A stretch of DNA of 64,000 nt from an uncultured Planctomycetales bacterium (lineage in GTDB: Bacteria > Omnitrophota > Gorgyraeia > Zapsychrales > Fredricksoniimonadaceae): positions 3,611-67,610 of the forward strand of contig CAZASA010000002.1 of assembly GCA_964487685.1 (NCBI GenBank), in the 5' to 3' direction. The position numbers were made by a program, and so were the translations under genes. Positions within the stretch are counted from its first letter, which is position 1, and the number at the start of each line of letters is the position of its first letter. Positions 55,398 to 64,000 of this stretch are shown here, piece after piece. The notes under the pieces are model-generated. The model searched no databases. It saw only the letters and a list, made by a program, of their open reading frames with translations, and was not told the origin of the DNA.

Positions 55398-56849
55398 ATG
55401 CAACGACCCTCCGACTTAAATGAATCTCAATGGCAAGCGGTAACGCATGAGGGCGGCCATTTGTTGATCGCGGCAGGCCCGGGCACGGGCAAGACGCATA
55501 CGCTTACCCGTCGCATTGCCCATCTTTTTCCTTCTTTAAAACTTAATGAAAAAATATTAGCGATCACCTTTACCAATAAAGCGGCCCGTCAAATGAAGGA
55601 CAGATTGACGGCCCTGGGTGTGGAGCAATCTAATATATTTATCGGCACCTTTCATGGTTTTTGTTTGAAATTATTGCGTGACCATTTTGAGCATACAGCC
55701 CTTCCTAAAGATTTTAAGGTGGCGTTGCCGGAAGATATAACCGGTTTTGACAAGGAAACCCGCGAGCGCATCAGCCTTTTAAAATCAACCCAGTTGGCAT
55801 TCTCACCCGACGATGAATATAAGGCCTATCAGCGGTATTTGCGTGACAATAGCTGGATCGATCTTGATGATATTTTGCGAGAGGCTGCTTTACTTTTGGA
55901 AGACGAAGATATTGCCTGCCTGCTTCGGGCCCAATACCGCTACATTTTTGTGGATGAATATCAGGACAGCAATAACATACAGCATGCCTTACTCAAGGCA
56001 TTGGCCCAGGAAGGGGTTTTATTGACGGTCATCGGGGATGCCAATCAGTCCATCTACGGTTTTCGCGGCAGCAGGGTGGAGCTTTTTGGGCGCTTTGAGG
56101 AAGATTTCTCTCCGGCAACGATCCTGACTTTGAAGGAAAATTATCGTTCTGCGCCAAGCCTTTTGGCGGCATCCTCTCAGGTGATGGGAGGGATCCAATT
56201 ATTGGCCCATCTTGATACGCACGGCAAATTAGTGATCCATCATGCGGTTACCGATAGGCTGGAAGCAGACTATGTTGCCCAGCAAATTGAAAAATTAGTG
56301 GGCGGTTTAGACATGAATACAAGTCGGCGGGCCAAGCATAGTTTTGGCGATGTGGCGGTGCTTTACCGGCTAAATGCCCAGCGCCAAACCTTGATCAAGG
56401 CGTTTGAGTATTTGGGCATCCCGTATCAATTTGCCCATAAACCCACCCGAAGCGATGTTTATTCGGATGAAAATGTGTTGGACCAAAATGAAGAAGAACT
56501 GGAATATAATGTTGAGAAGGTTTCCCTCATGTCGCTTCACGCGGCCAAAGGGCTGGAATTTTCGATTGTTTTTATCATTGGATGCGAGGACCATTTGCTT
56601 CCCTTGGACCTGATCGGGATGAAAGGTGAAGCCAAAGAAGAACGGCGCTTGTTTTATGTCGGCATGACCAGGGCTAAAGAACACTTGTTTTTGACCCATG
56701 CCAAGCGCAGGCAATTATTCGGCCAAACCCTTATACAAAATCCTTCCCCCTATTTGGCAGATATAGCCGAAGAACTAAAGGCTTATGAAGCCGCCAAACA
56801 CAGCGCAACCAAAAAAGACCCAGATGCCGCACAGTTGAAACTCTTCTAA
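55398..56849 (+). CDS. UvrD/PcrA-family ATP-dependent DNA helicase, short form (483 aa)
   Basis: 'LIAAGPGTGKTHTL' Walker A, 'FVDEYQDSN', 'VGMTRAKEHLFLTHA'. It lacks the long C-terminal extension of canonical UvrD. Confidence 0.7.
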   Translation: MQRPSDLNESQWQAVTHEGGHLLIAAGPGTGKTHTLTRRIAHLFPSLKLNEKILAITFTNKAARQMKDRLTALGVEQSNIFIGTFHGFCLKLLRDHFEHTALPKDFKVALPEDITGFDKETRERISLLKSTQLAFSPDDEYKAYQRYLRDNSWIDLDDILREAALLLEDEDIACLLRAQYRYIFVDEYQDSNNIQHALLKALAQEGVLLTVIGDANQSIYGFRGSRVELFGRFEEDFSPATILTLKENYRSAPSLLAASSQVMGGIQLLAHLDTHGKLVIHHAVTDRLEADYVAQQIEKLVGGLDMNTSRRAKHSFGDVAVLYRLNAQRQTLIKAFEYLGIPYQFAHKPTRSDVYSDENVLDQNEEELEYNVEKVSLMSLHAAKGLEFSIVFIIGCEDHLLPLDLIGMKGEAKEERRLFYVGMTRAKEHLFLTHAKRRQLFGQTLIQNPSPYLADIAEELKAYEAAKHSATKKDPDAAQLKLF

Positions 56850-57001
56850 GTATTATTTATACAAAATTATATAAGTATATATTCCACAATAAGTTACATC
56901 CTTGACAAAACACGCCTATATGTTACTCTTTCTAGATAAAGCGTTTCCCACAACTAATAGGTACCTTCCCGCAGATTCCGGGATCCAGGATAATTAATTT
57001 A

Positions 57002-60000
57002 ATGCCTTTACGCCGAATTTTAACAACTTGGGTACTGCTAAGCTTTTTATTCTCTTCTCTGGGACCCTTGCCACAAGCCCGTGCGGATGAGCCTTTGTCC
57101 CTGCCTGCTCCTGGCACCATGGTTAATTTGACCCCAGCCTATGAACCCGTGATGATTAAAGGTCTGACTGTGCATGCGGACAATCCTTTGATGTTTGATT
57201 TTATTGTGGACACCGGCAGCGATAAATTATCCGGAGGAGTATTAAAAAAGGAGGGTGAAAAACTAGCTAAATACTTCCTGGCCTGTTTAGCGATCCCTGA
57301 AAAAGACCTATGGGTCAACCTTTCGCCTTATGAAAAGAGCAGGACCATCCCTGTGATGTTAAGCCAAACAGACATGGGCCGTGATTTGCTTGCCCAGGAT
57401 TATATTCTCAAGCAATTGACCGCGTCACTGATCTATCCGGAGAAAGCATTAGGCAAAGCATTTTGGGACAGGGTCTACACAAAAGCCCGGCAGATGTATG
57501 GCACCAGCAATATCCCGGTCAATACTTTTAACAAGGTATGGATCATGGCTGACCGTGCCGAGATCTTTGAACGCAATCATACCGTCTTTGTCCTGGACCG
57601 GCATCTGAAAGTGATGTTGGAAGAAGATTATTTAGCCTTACAGAAAAATGTTCCCCATCCCCAGGCAAATACGCATTCCATATCTTCCCAGATAGTCCGG
57701 GCCATCATCCTTCCTGAGATTGAGCAGGAGGTCAATACCGGCAAGAATTTCGCCGCCTTGCGCCAGATCTTTAATGCCCTGATCCTGGCCAGCTGGTATA
57801 AAAAGAATTTAAAACAAGCTCTGCTTAATCAAGTCTATTCCGGACAAGGCAAGATCAAAGGGATCGATCTAAGCGATCCTAATGTCAAAGACAGGATCTA
57901 CGCACAGTATCTGCGTGCCTACAAAAAAGGCGTCTTTAACTATATTAAGGAAGAAACAGATAGCACAACACAGCAAACCATCCCTCACAAATATTTCTCC
58001 GGCGGGGTGACCCTGCTTGACGGCCCAGCCACCAGTCCGGCCATGATCGCTAATCCTTCAGCGCAAGCATTACACACGGCCCTGACCAGCACTGGCCAAT
58101 GGGCACGGATCAATATCGGCGCCGAGCCCAATGGAAGTAGAAGCGCCAAGAACCCGAAATCGGCCAAGTTAAATATTCAAAAGGCAAGAGATTCCAGTGC
58201 GGCGATGAGGAGTAATGAAGAGCGATCTTTAAAGCTTAATTTACCTCAAGAATTAGGGATGGTTGACCCAGAAAAACTGCCTCGTTATTTGAATATCAAA
58301 TTATTGCAGGAAGATCGAGAAGTTTATGAGAAAGCGGCCCAAGAGCTTGTATTATCTCCTAAGACCAGATGGGCTTATGAGAACCCAACAGAGGTTGAAT
58401 GGGGGACGACATTAACACCGGAAATCCTTACTGAAATTAATGCCTATCTTAGAAAGAAATTCTCTAATGCTGCTTATGAATTCCTTGCCAGTTTGCTGGA
58501 GCGTGCCATTTGGAAAAAAGCCGGTGTGGACCCTAATTCTGAAATTGGCAAGCGCCTGTCAGCCATTTATCCATCCATCAAATATCAATGGGAGGATCCG
58601 GGCAGTCCGCATCTAATAAGTATAGGAAGGGCCGCCAATGATAATATGGAAATTTCAGGTGCCTTATTAAAAGAGGAGAACCGAGATCTTTTAGGGCCGA
58701 TCATTCGTATCCTTAAAGCCGACCGTGAGATCTGCCTCGAGCGCTACCAGTATCAAGTAAATTTTGACGTGATGATCTCAGGGATAGGAGACCAGAATGA
58801 AGAAAATTATCTGCCTTATGAAGTGCTGGGTTTAAATTGGAAACTGCCCTCATGGAAGGACCAATATCCCGATGATTTTAATGAGATCAAGAGATTGCAC
58901 AATGGGGCTTTTTCATTTCACCATGAGATCAGGTTGGCATTCCCGTATTATCTTCAGGGTGCCCTGCAAGGGAAGTTAGACTTATACCCCGGGCCTCTTT
59001 CTGTCCCCCAAATAGTTGAAAAATTGTTCGCCGGGATCACGAGTAATGAAGATTCACCAGTTCAATGGAAGGTCGATCAAACAGTGGCCTTATTGACAGC
59101 TGCAAAAGCCCAAGGCATGTCAAAGGAAGCAGACGAGATCTGGCAAGCCCTTCGCCAAAAACTATCAGAATCCAGCCCGGCGATGTCGGTGGCTCAGCAA
59201 GCGGGTGAGATCAAGGCGCTTTTTCATCGATTTAATTTACCTGAATGGGAAAAAGCTTATGCTTCCCCGGAGGCAATTACAGAGGAAGATTTGATTGGGG
59301 GCCTTCAGAACGCCATCAATCATTTTGCACCGCTTAAAAAGTATTCCCAATTGGTCGATGAGCTACGTGATCACCTGGAATACTGTATTGATAATCATTC
59401 TTATTCAGGCATGATACCGCATAGTTATCCAGATCCAGCGATGTCGGTTGCTGAAATTAAAGAACGATTGAATGGGAAAACGATATTGATCGTTGACGAT
59501 CATCCCAGAGACCGGTTATATCTTCAAATAGCAATAGATGATCATAAAATTAAATTCATCTATGCAGGGGATGGACAGGAAGCCATTGATAAATTGGCGG
59601 CCGGGAAGGAAAAGGTGGATGGGATCATTTTCGATTTTCAAATGCCGGGAATGAATGGATCGTCCTTCGTCAGATCCCTTAAGGGAAATCCTGCGTACAG
59701 CCATTTACCGCTTGTTGCCTGGTCAGGTATTAAAAGTGATGAAGTAAGATTAGAATTTGAAAAATGGGGCGTTCCATTCTTTACTAAGAACGATCATCCA
59801 GCATATAAATTATTGGGAGCATTAGTTGAGCAAATGTTGCCCAACTCAAGCATGTTATCGGCAGGGGACCAGATGCCAGTAATGCCTTCCTGGCTTAAAT
59901 CGCTAAGAAGTTTTAAAATGGGGGACGATTGGGAAATATTTACCGCGGATGCCTTTAATGGATTATCGGTGGACAATAGCAAGGGTCTTTTTAAATGGCT

Positions 60001-61918
60001 AATAGAGAATAAATCTTTAAAAAGTTCAGATGGCGTATATGGAAGTTTAAACGCGAAATTTGACGTGATCCTTCAAGCGTTGAAACACAGTGCGTTTAAG
60101 AAAAACGATATGCTCATCATTTCCACGTTACAGAAGCCCCGGAGCTATCGGATGACGGTCTTTCAATTCGAAGACGGGTATACGCTTAGCGTCAAACTTG
60201 ATCCCACCAGTAATTGTAAACCGGTCAATCAATTATTCTATCTTGGCACCGATGAAAAAAGGGCCAATGCTATCATTGGCGCCTTTGTTGAGAAGATGGG
60301 ACATTCCAAGGCTTTTTATCAAAGCTATTTGCAGTCATTGACAAAGCCTGATGAGCTAAACACCGCATTAAGTGCCATTTCCGACAAGCTTGCCCAGGAT
60401 ATGAGGGCAGCTGTTAATCAAGCAATGACTACAAACGATGATAATTCTTTAAGAATTATGACTTGGTTGTTACCGGAATTAATAGAAGCCCATGAAAATA
60501 AACATTATTCGCATGCGACAATCATCACAAATCCTTTTATATACCGTGACCGTCAAATCCAAATAAAAGGAGTGTGGTATTCCTCTAAGGATCCAGTCGA
60601 GGAATCACTGGCAAGGATTGCCAAGGAATATGGACTGGAACTTGTTAATAAGCAGTTTTTGTCAGAACCTGATAGAAGAACCGTTGAATTTTCAAGTAAG
60701 TACGATCATGAGGGCTCATTTCAAGAATTGAGTGGCCGCTTGACGGAAGATATCGTCAAAATGAAAGCAGAGACACATTTAGCTGCAGAAGCAAGTCCTG
60801 CGATGACAGTGCAGGAGTTTGATACTGATTTTGGGAGCATGCAAAATTATTTAAACGTGACAAGGTTTTCGCTAAGCCTGGGACTTGCTACCAATCAGCT
60901 CATGAATATGAGGGTTTTATTATCAGGCTTAAATAAACTTTATGAAGGTATAAAGACAATGCCTGATACCAAGCAGAATGAATTAGGACCAAAGCTTGAT
61001 GTTTTAGCTTGGTCGGTCATAAATTTCTCAGCACAACATACTCCCTTTCCTGATGATGAAGAGATGACTGCGGCTGAATTTGAGACTGAATTAACGTATC
61101 TTGAGGATATGTTCAATATAATTAATGAGAGTATCAATCTAAATTTAAACCGAAACACTTTATCTCCCGAAGAAGAGAATCGTATATTTGAAAGCGTGGG
61201 TTTATTGACCCTCCAATTATCAAATTTAACTAAAAAAGCAGTGATGTCGGTCCATCTGATTACTTTAAATGTCGGGAAAATTTCGAATTTTGCCCAGAAA
61301 ATATTTGAGCTAAGCAAGTATTTTATCGTCAGACGCGTATCTTCTGAAGCTGCACGCATCATTGCTCAGGTTCTCGATAAAAATAAGGACCATTTGAGGC
61401 TCATATTTGTGCATGGTTCAAAAGACGGGGTTCAGGCAAGGGTCAGTATCTGGGGATATGATAGTGAAGATCAGGTCCCGGATTTGATACCTGAATTGCA
61501 TCAAAGATTAACAGTAGAATTATCATCCAAGGGGTACGTGTGCAAAATCGAAACTCGAACACATCCGGATAATACCACGGATATAACGATAACCCCTTAT
61601 CTTACAGCTTCAATATATGAAATTCATTCACCGAAGAAGCCGCCTATTGACCCAGCCATGCAATCTTTAGCCCCTGTATTACAAAGGCAGAATATTTTGA
61701 CAAGAAATGGCGGTATTGATCTTAATACAGCTAATATGAAAACCACAGATCTCAAAGAAGGCGCTGGGGTTGTGATGACATTTGATGCGGCCATGGCTGC
61801 CGAGATCAGGAAGGACGGCCTGCAGAGCCTGACGCCGGTCGTCTACAAGATCACCCCTATTGCTGATATCCGGTCAGTCTTTAAAAATTCTTTGGATTCT
61901 TCCGGGATTTTGCTATAA
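57002..61918 (+). CDS. Giant hypothetical protein (1638 aa) with N-terminal signal/anchor and an embedded response-regulator receiver (REC) domain
   Basis: 'MPLRRILTTWVLLSFLFSSLGPLPQARA' hydrophobic N-terminus. REC domain at ~59470-59800: 'ILIVDDHPRD', 'IIFDFQMPGMNG', 'FFTKNDHP'. The rest has no recognisable family; AT-richer than neighbours. Confidence 0.6.
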   Translation: MPLRRILTTWVLLSFLFSSLGPLPQARADEPLSLPAPGTMVNLTPAYEPVMIKGLTVHADNPLMFDFIVDTGSDKLSGGVLKKEGEKLAKYFLACLAIPEKDLWVNLSPYEKSRTIPVMLSQTDMGRDLLAQDYILKQLTASLIYPEKALGKAFWDRVYTKARQMYGTSNIPVNTFNKVWIMADRAEIFERNHTVFVLDRHLKVMLEEDYLALQKNVPHPQANTHSISSQIVRAIILPEIEQEVNTGKNFAALRQIFNALILASWYKKNLKQALLNQVYSGQGKIKGIDLSDPNVKDRIYAQYLRAYKKGVFNYIKEETDSTTQQTIPHKYFSGGVTLLDGPATSPAMIANPSAQALHTALTSTGQWARINIGAEPNGSRSAKNPKSAKLNIQKARDSSAAMRSNEERSLKLNLPQELGMVDPEKLPRYLNIKLLQEDREVYEKAAQELVLSPKTRWAYENPTEVEWGTTLTPEILTEINAYLRKKFSNAAYEFLASLLERAIWKKAGVDPNSEIGKRLSAIYPSIKYQWEDPGSPHLISIGRAANDNMEISGALLKEENRDLLGPIIRILKADREICLERYQYQVNFDVMISGIGDQNEENYLPYEVLGLNWKLPSWKDQYPDDFNEIKRLHNGAFSFHHEIRLAFPYYLQGALQGKLDLYPGPLSVPQIVEKLFAGITSNEDSPVQWKVDQTVALLTAAKAQGMSKEADEIWQALRQKLSESSPAMSVAQQAGEIKALFHRFNLPEWEKAYASPEAITEEDLIGGLQNAINHFAPLKKYSQLVDELRDHLEYCIDNHSYSGMIPHSYPDPAMSVAEIKERLNGKTILIVDDHPRDRLYLQIAIDDHKIKFIYAGDGQEAIDKLAAGKEKVDGIIFDFQMPGMNGSSFVRSLKGNPAYSHLPLVAWSGIKSDEVRLEFEKWGVPFFTKNDHPAYKLLGALVEQMLPNSSMLSAGDQMPVMPSWLKSLRSFKMGDDWEIFTADAFNGLSVDNSKGLFKWLIENKSLKSSDGVYGSLNAKFDVILQALKHSAFKKNDMLIISTLQKPRSYRMTVFQFEDGYTLSVKLDPTSNCKPVNQLFYLGTDEKRANAIIGAFVEKMGHSKAFYQSYLQSLTKPDELNTALSAISDKLAQDMRAAVNQAMTTNDDNSLRIMTWLLPELIEAHENKHYSHATIITNPFIYRDRQIQIKGVWYSSKDPVEESLARIAKEYGLELVNKQFLSEPDRRTVEFSSKYDHEGSFQELSGRLTEDIVKMKAETHLAAEASPAMTVQEFDTDFGSMQNYLNVTRFSLSLGLATNQLMNMRVLLSGLNKLYEGIKTMPDTKQNELGPKLDVLAWSVINFSAQHTPFPDDEEMTAAEFETELTYLEDMFNIINESINLNLNRNTLSPEEENRIFESVGLLTLQLSNLTKKAVMSVHLITLNVGKISNFAQKIFELSKYFIVRRVSSEAARIIAQVLDKNKDHLRLIFVHGSKDGVQARVSIWGYDSEDQVPDLIPELHQRLTVELSSKGYVCKIETRTHPDNTTDITITPYLTASIYEIHSPKKPPIDPAMQSLAPVLQRQNILTRNGGIDLNTANMKTTDLKEGAGVVMTFDAAMAAEIRKDGLQSLTPVVYKITPIADIRSVFKNSLDSSGILL

Positions 61919-61969
61919 TTTCCCTGTTCCTTCCCCAGGAACATCTTTTAATTCCCCCTCAAAATTAAT

Positions 61970-62416
61970 ATGACTTATCATATCGATCAATCCGGCAAGG
62001 TTGAAGATACGAATAAATTGACCATCGTGGCCTATGCGAATAGTCGAATTAAAAGCGTGAAAATAGCTGGCACGGAGAAACAAAAATTATTGGCCGTTAT
62101 GAGGACTTTGGATCGCCCTAAACAAAATTATGTGTATAAAGTCTTTGCGGCATTGATTTATTTCTTATTGGCAGATGAAATAGTAGATTCAGTGGTGATT
62201 GACCGTGAGTATACAGGGCATGAAGTAACTATTAAGAATATTATAATTCAATTGTTAAATAAAAACGGAAAGAGTGTTCCAGATATTCGTTTTGGTTATG
62301 TCGGGAAGTCCAGCGGGGCACATAAAGCAGCTTTGAATGTTTTTAGAGGAGACAAGGAAGCAGATATGGTTGTGACAGCCAAGGAGATGTTGAGGTTATT
62401 GTATCGAGGGAAATAA
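61970..62416 (+). CDS. Hypothetical protein (148 aa), possibly co-transcribed with the giant gene
   Basis: ATG start 52 nt after the giant gene stop; no family recognised; followed by a hairpin at ~62427-62449. Confidence 0.4.
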   Translation: MTYHIDQSGKVEDTNKLTIVAYANSRIKSVKIAGTEKQKLLAVMRTLDRPKQNYVYKVFAALIYFLLADEIVDSVVIDREYTGHEVTIKNIIIQLLNKNGKSVPDIRFGYVGKSSGAHKAALNVFRGDKEADMVVTAKEMLRLLYRGK

Positions 62417-62552
62417 AAATGGGCTGGAGATCTCCCTCCAGGGGAGATAATCCCGGGCTCAGATCGTCAGTTACGAGCGATGGTCACCAAGGCATCCAAC
62501 CTGGTAAAATATATCCGAATAATGAAAGCATGTCAATAAGAATCGATAACCC

Positions 62553-62891
62553 TTGGTTGGTTTTATCATGTTTTATTTAACACCTCAAGAACGTAAATTC
62601 ATCTGCCTGATCATGATCGTTTTTATTGCTGGCGCGGCGGTGCAATTGATGTTGCGCCGGGACATTGCACCGGTGCGGTGGGCAAGATCTGTGCGGCAGT
62701 TCAAGGTCAATATCAATACGTCCAGGGCAGACCAATTGCAGATGCTTCCCGGGATCGGTGCCAAACTGTCAATCCGAATCCTTGATTATCGCAAGGAGAA
62801 CGGCCCTTTTAAATCACTGGAAGATCTTCAAGATGTCGATGGCATGACAGCCAAGCGCTATGCGCATATCAAGGAGCTGATAGAATTATGA
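62553..62891 (+). CDS. comEA: ComEA family helix-hairpin-helix DNA-binding protein
   Basis: N-terminal TM, 'VNINTSRADQLQMLPGIGAKLSIRILDYRKENGPFKSLEDL'. Confidence 0.7.
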   Translation: MVGFIMFYLTPQERKFICLIMIVFIAGAAVQLMLRRDIAPVRWARSVRQFKVNINTSRADQLQMLPGIGAKLSIRILDYRKENGPFKSLEDLQDVDGMTAKRYAHIKELIEL

Positions 62892-63928
62892 ATGGAACTC
62901 ATCGCCCCTGTTGTTGGTTGGTATTGGTTTTATCTTTAGGCATTATCATTGGGCATTTTTTGCCTTTGGCTTTACTCTTCTGGCTTTGGGCCTCTGCGCT
63001 CTTGGTATTATTATTTCTTTTTTATCCTAAAATTTGGCCGATATACTTAGCTTTATTTTTTTTGGGCGCGGCCTTGGCCCACGTCGCCCATCCGCCGGCC
63101 ATGGATATCCTGCATGATTGGCGTGAGCTCTTAAGGCGATCGCTTTATCAATACCTGGATGCCCCGGAAGCAGGGACTATATCGGCGATCGTTTTAGGGG
63201 ACAGGGGCCAAATTCCCAAAGAGATCAATATGGCCTTCAGGCATACCGGCACAGGGCATATTTTAGTGATCGCTGGTATCCATATGGCCATGATGACGGC
63301 AATGGTCGTCTTTATTTTAAAAGTGATCAGGGTACCGCGTCCCTGGCAAGCGGGTTTAAGTATCCTGATCATAATTCTTTATGCGATGTTGACCGGTGGT
63401 TCAGTACCGGTTCTGCGCGCGGCATTCATGGCATCGATCCTTTTGGCCTCTTATAGCATTGAACATGAAAGCGATGCATTGAATTCGTTAGCTTTTGCCG
63501 GCCTTGTTTTATTGCTTATGGACGCAAGCAATCTATTCAATACAAGCTTTCAGCTTTCTTTTGCCGCAGTTGCGGCCATCATTATTTTGTATACTCCTTT
63601 AGAGAAACGACTATCATTTTGTCCCAAATGGCTATCTTGCGCTTTATCAGTTTCAACAGCGGCATGGCTCGGGATCACGCCATTTCAAATTTGGCATTTT
63701 GGCACCATCGCTCCCATTGCATTGGTTGCTAATCTGTTTATTGTTCCATTATTGGATCTGACCGTTGCTTTAGGTTTAGTTTTAGCCCTAGCCGGACTTT
63801 GGGCCGCGCCATTGGCGTGGGGCATTGCAGGTTGCCTGAAAGTAGTTTTTAATTTAATGGTCATTCTGGCTTTTTGGTTTGCCCAGGTCCCTTTTGGGTA
63901 CATCCAATTGATCAAGAATCCCAGCTAA
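62888..63928 (+). CDS. comEC: ComEC/Rec2 family competence protein (membrane competence domain only, no metallo-beta-lactamase domain)
   Basis: Polytopic; 'VPVLRAAFMASILLASY', 'SFQLSFAAVAAII'. Overlaps the comEA stop (ATGA). Confidence 0.6.
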   Translation: MNGTHRPCCWLVLVLSLGIIIGHFLPLALLFWLWASALLVLLFLFYPKIWPIYLALFFLGAALAHVAHPPAMDILHDWRELLRRSLYQYLDAPEAGTISAIVLGDRGQIPKEINMAFRHTGTGHILVIAGIHMAMMTAMVVFILKVIRVPRPWQAGLSILIIILYAMLTGGSVPVLRAAFMASILLASYSIEHESDALNSLAFAGLVLLLMDASNLFNTSFQLSFAAVAAIIILYTPLEKRLSFCPKWLSCALSVSTAAWLGITPFQIWHFGTIAPIALVANLFIVPLLDLTVALGLVLALAGLWAAPLAWGIAGCLKVVFNLMVILAFWFAQVPFGYIQLIKNPS

Positions 63929-64000
63929 TTGATTTTCTTTTTCTCGAGGTATGATAAAATTATCCATTGATTGAATTCTAAAAAAAGGGAGAACATATGA

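Noticed and set aside
1-64000. CRISPR arrays and tRNA/rRNA genes
   Set aside because: The recurring 25-nt REP-A copies are irregularly spaced (gaps from 20 nt to >1 kb) and separated by genes, not uniform spacers, and no cas genes are present. No cloverleaf-compatible GTTCGA/T-loop-containing segments or rRNA-like stretches were seen in any intergenic region.

Overview
This 64-kb window is a moderately GC-rich bacterial chromosome segment with almost all genes on the + strand. It holds core metabolism rather than one classic island. Contents, in order: (1) A purine-biosynthesis cluster, purS-purL fusion, LOG-family gene, purQ, purM, purD, with rpsU-purH-folC-mnmE further on. A small AT-rich insertion sits between purQ and purM; it carries a GIY-YIG nuclease, a long hairpin element and an orphan membrane protein, all bracketed by copies of a 25-nt palindromic REP-like repeat. 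(2) A Bacillus-like block tsaC::ywlE(fusion)-rpiB-glyA-nrdR, followed by a BFN nuclease, CCA enzyme, YgfZ, aminotransferase, YjbQ, PfkB kinase, two tandem SemiSWEET-like genes, era, nth, and an ATP-grasp/lysine-2,3-aminomutase pair. (3) A polysaccharide-utilisation-type locus: two PilZ proteins, a ~907-aa six-hairpin glycosidase/phosphorylase, an inserted REP-associated tyrosine transposase (RAYT) with its own flanking inverted REPs plus a distal REPIN, a GPH/MFS symporter, sugar ABC SBP and two permeases, a secreted GH-A hydrolase, three secreted/coiled-coil proteins and a LacI regulator. (4) mnmG, cysK, a convergent thiF-thiH-thiG-thiS operon, speH, leuS, an Endonuclease-Q-like PHP nuclease with a short UvrD-type helicase, a 1638-aa orphan giant protein with an embedded receiver domain, and comEA/comEC. 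Beyond the genes, the window contains several families of structured intergenic repeats: REP-A hairpins, a nested REP-B, a ~150-nt element present twice in opposite orientation, and two very large hairpin elements upstream of mnmG. No rRNA, tRNA or CRISPR array was found.
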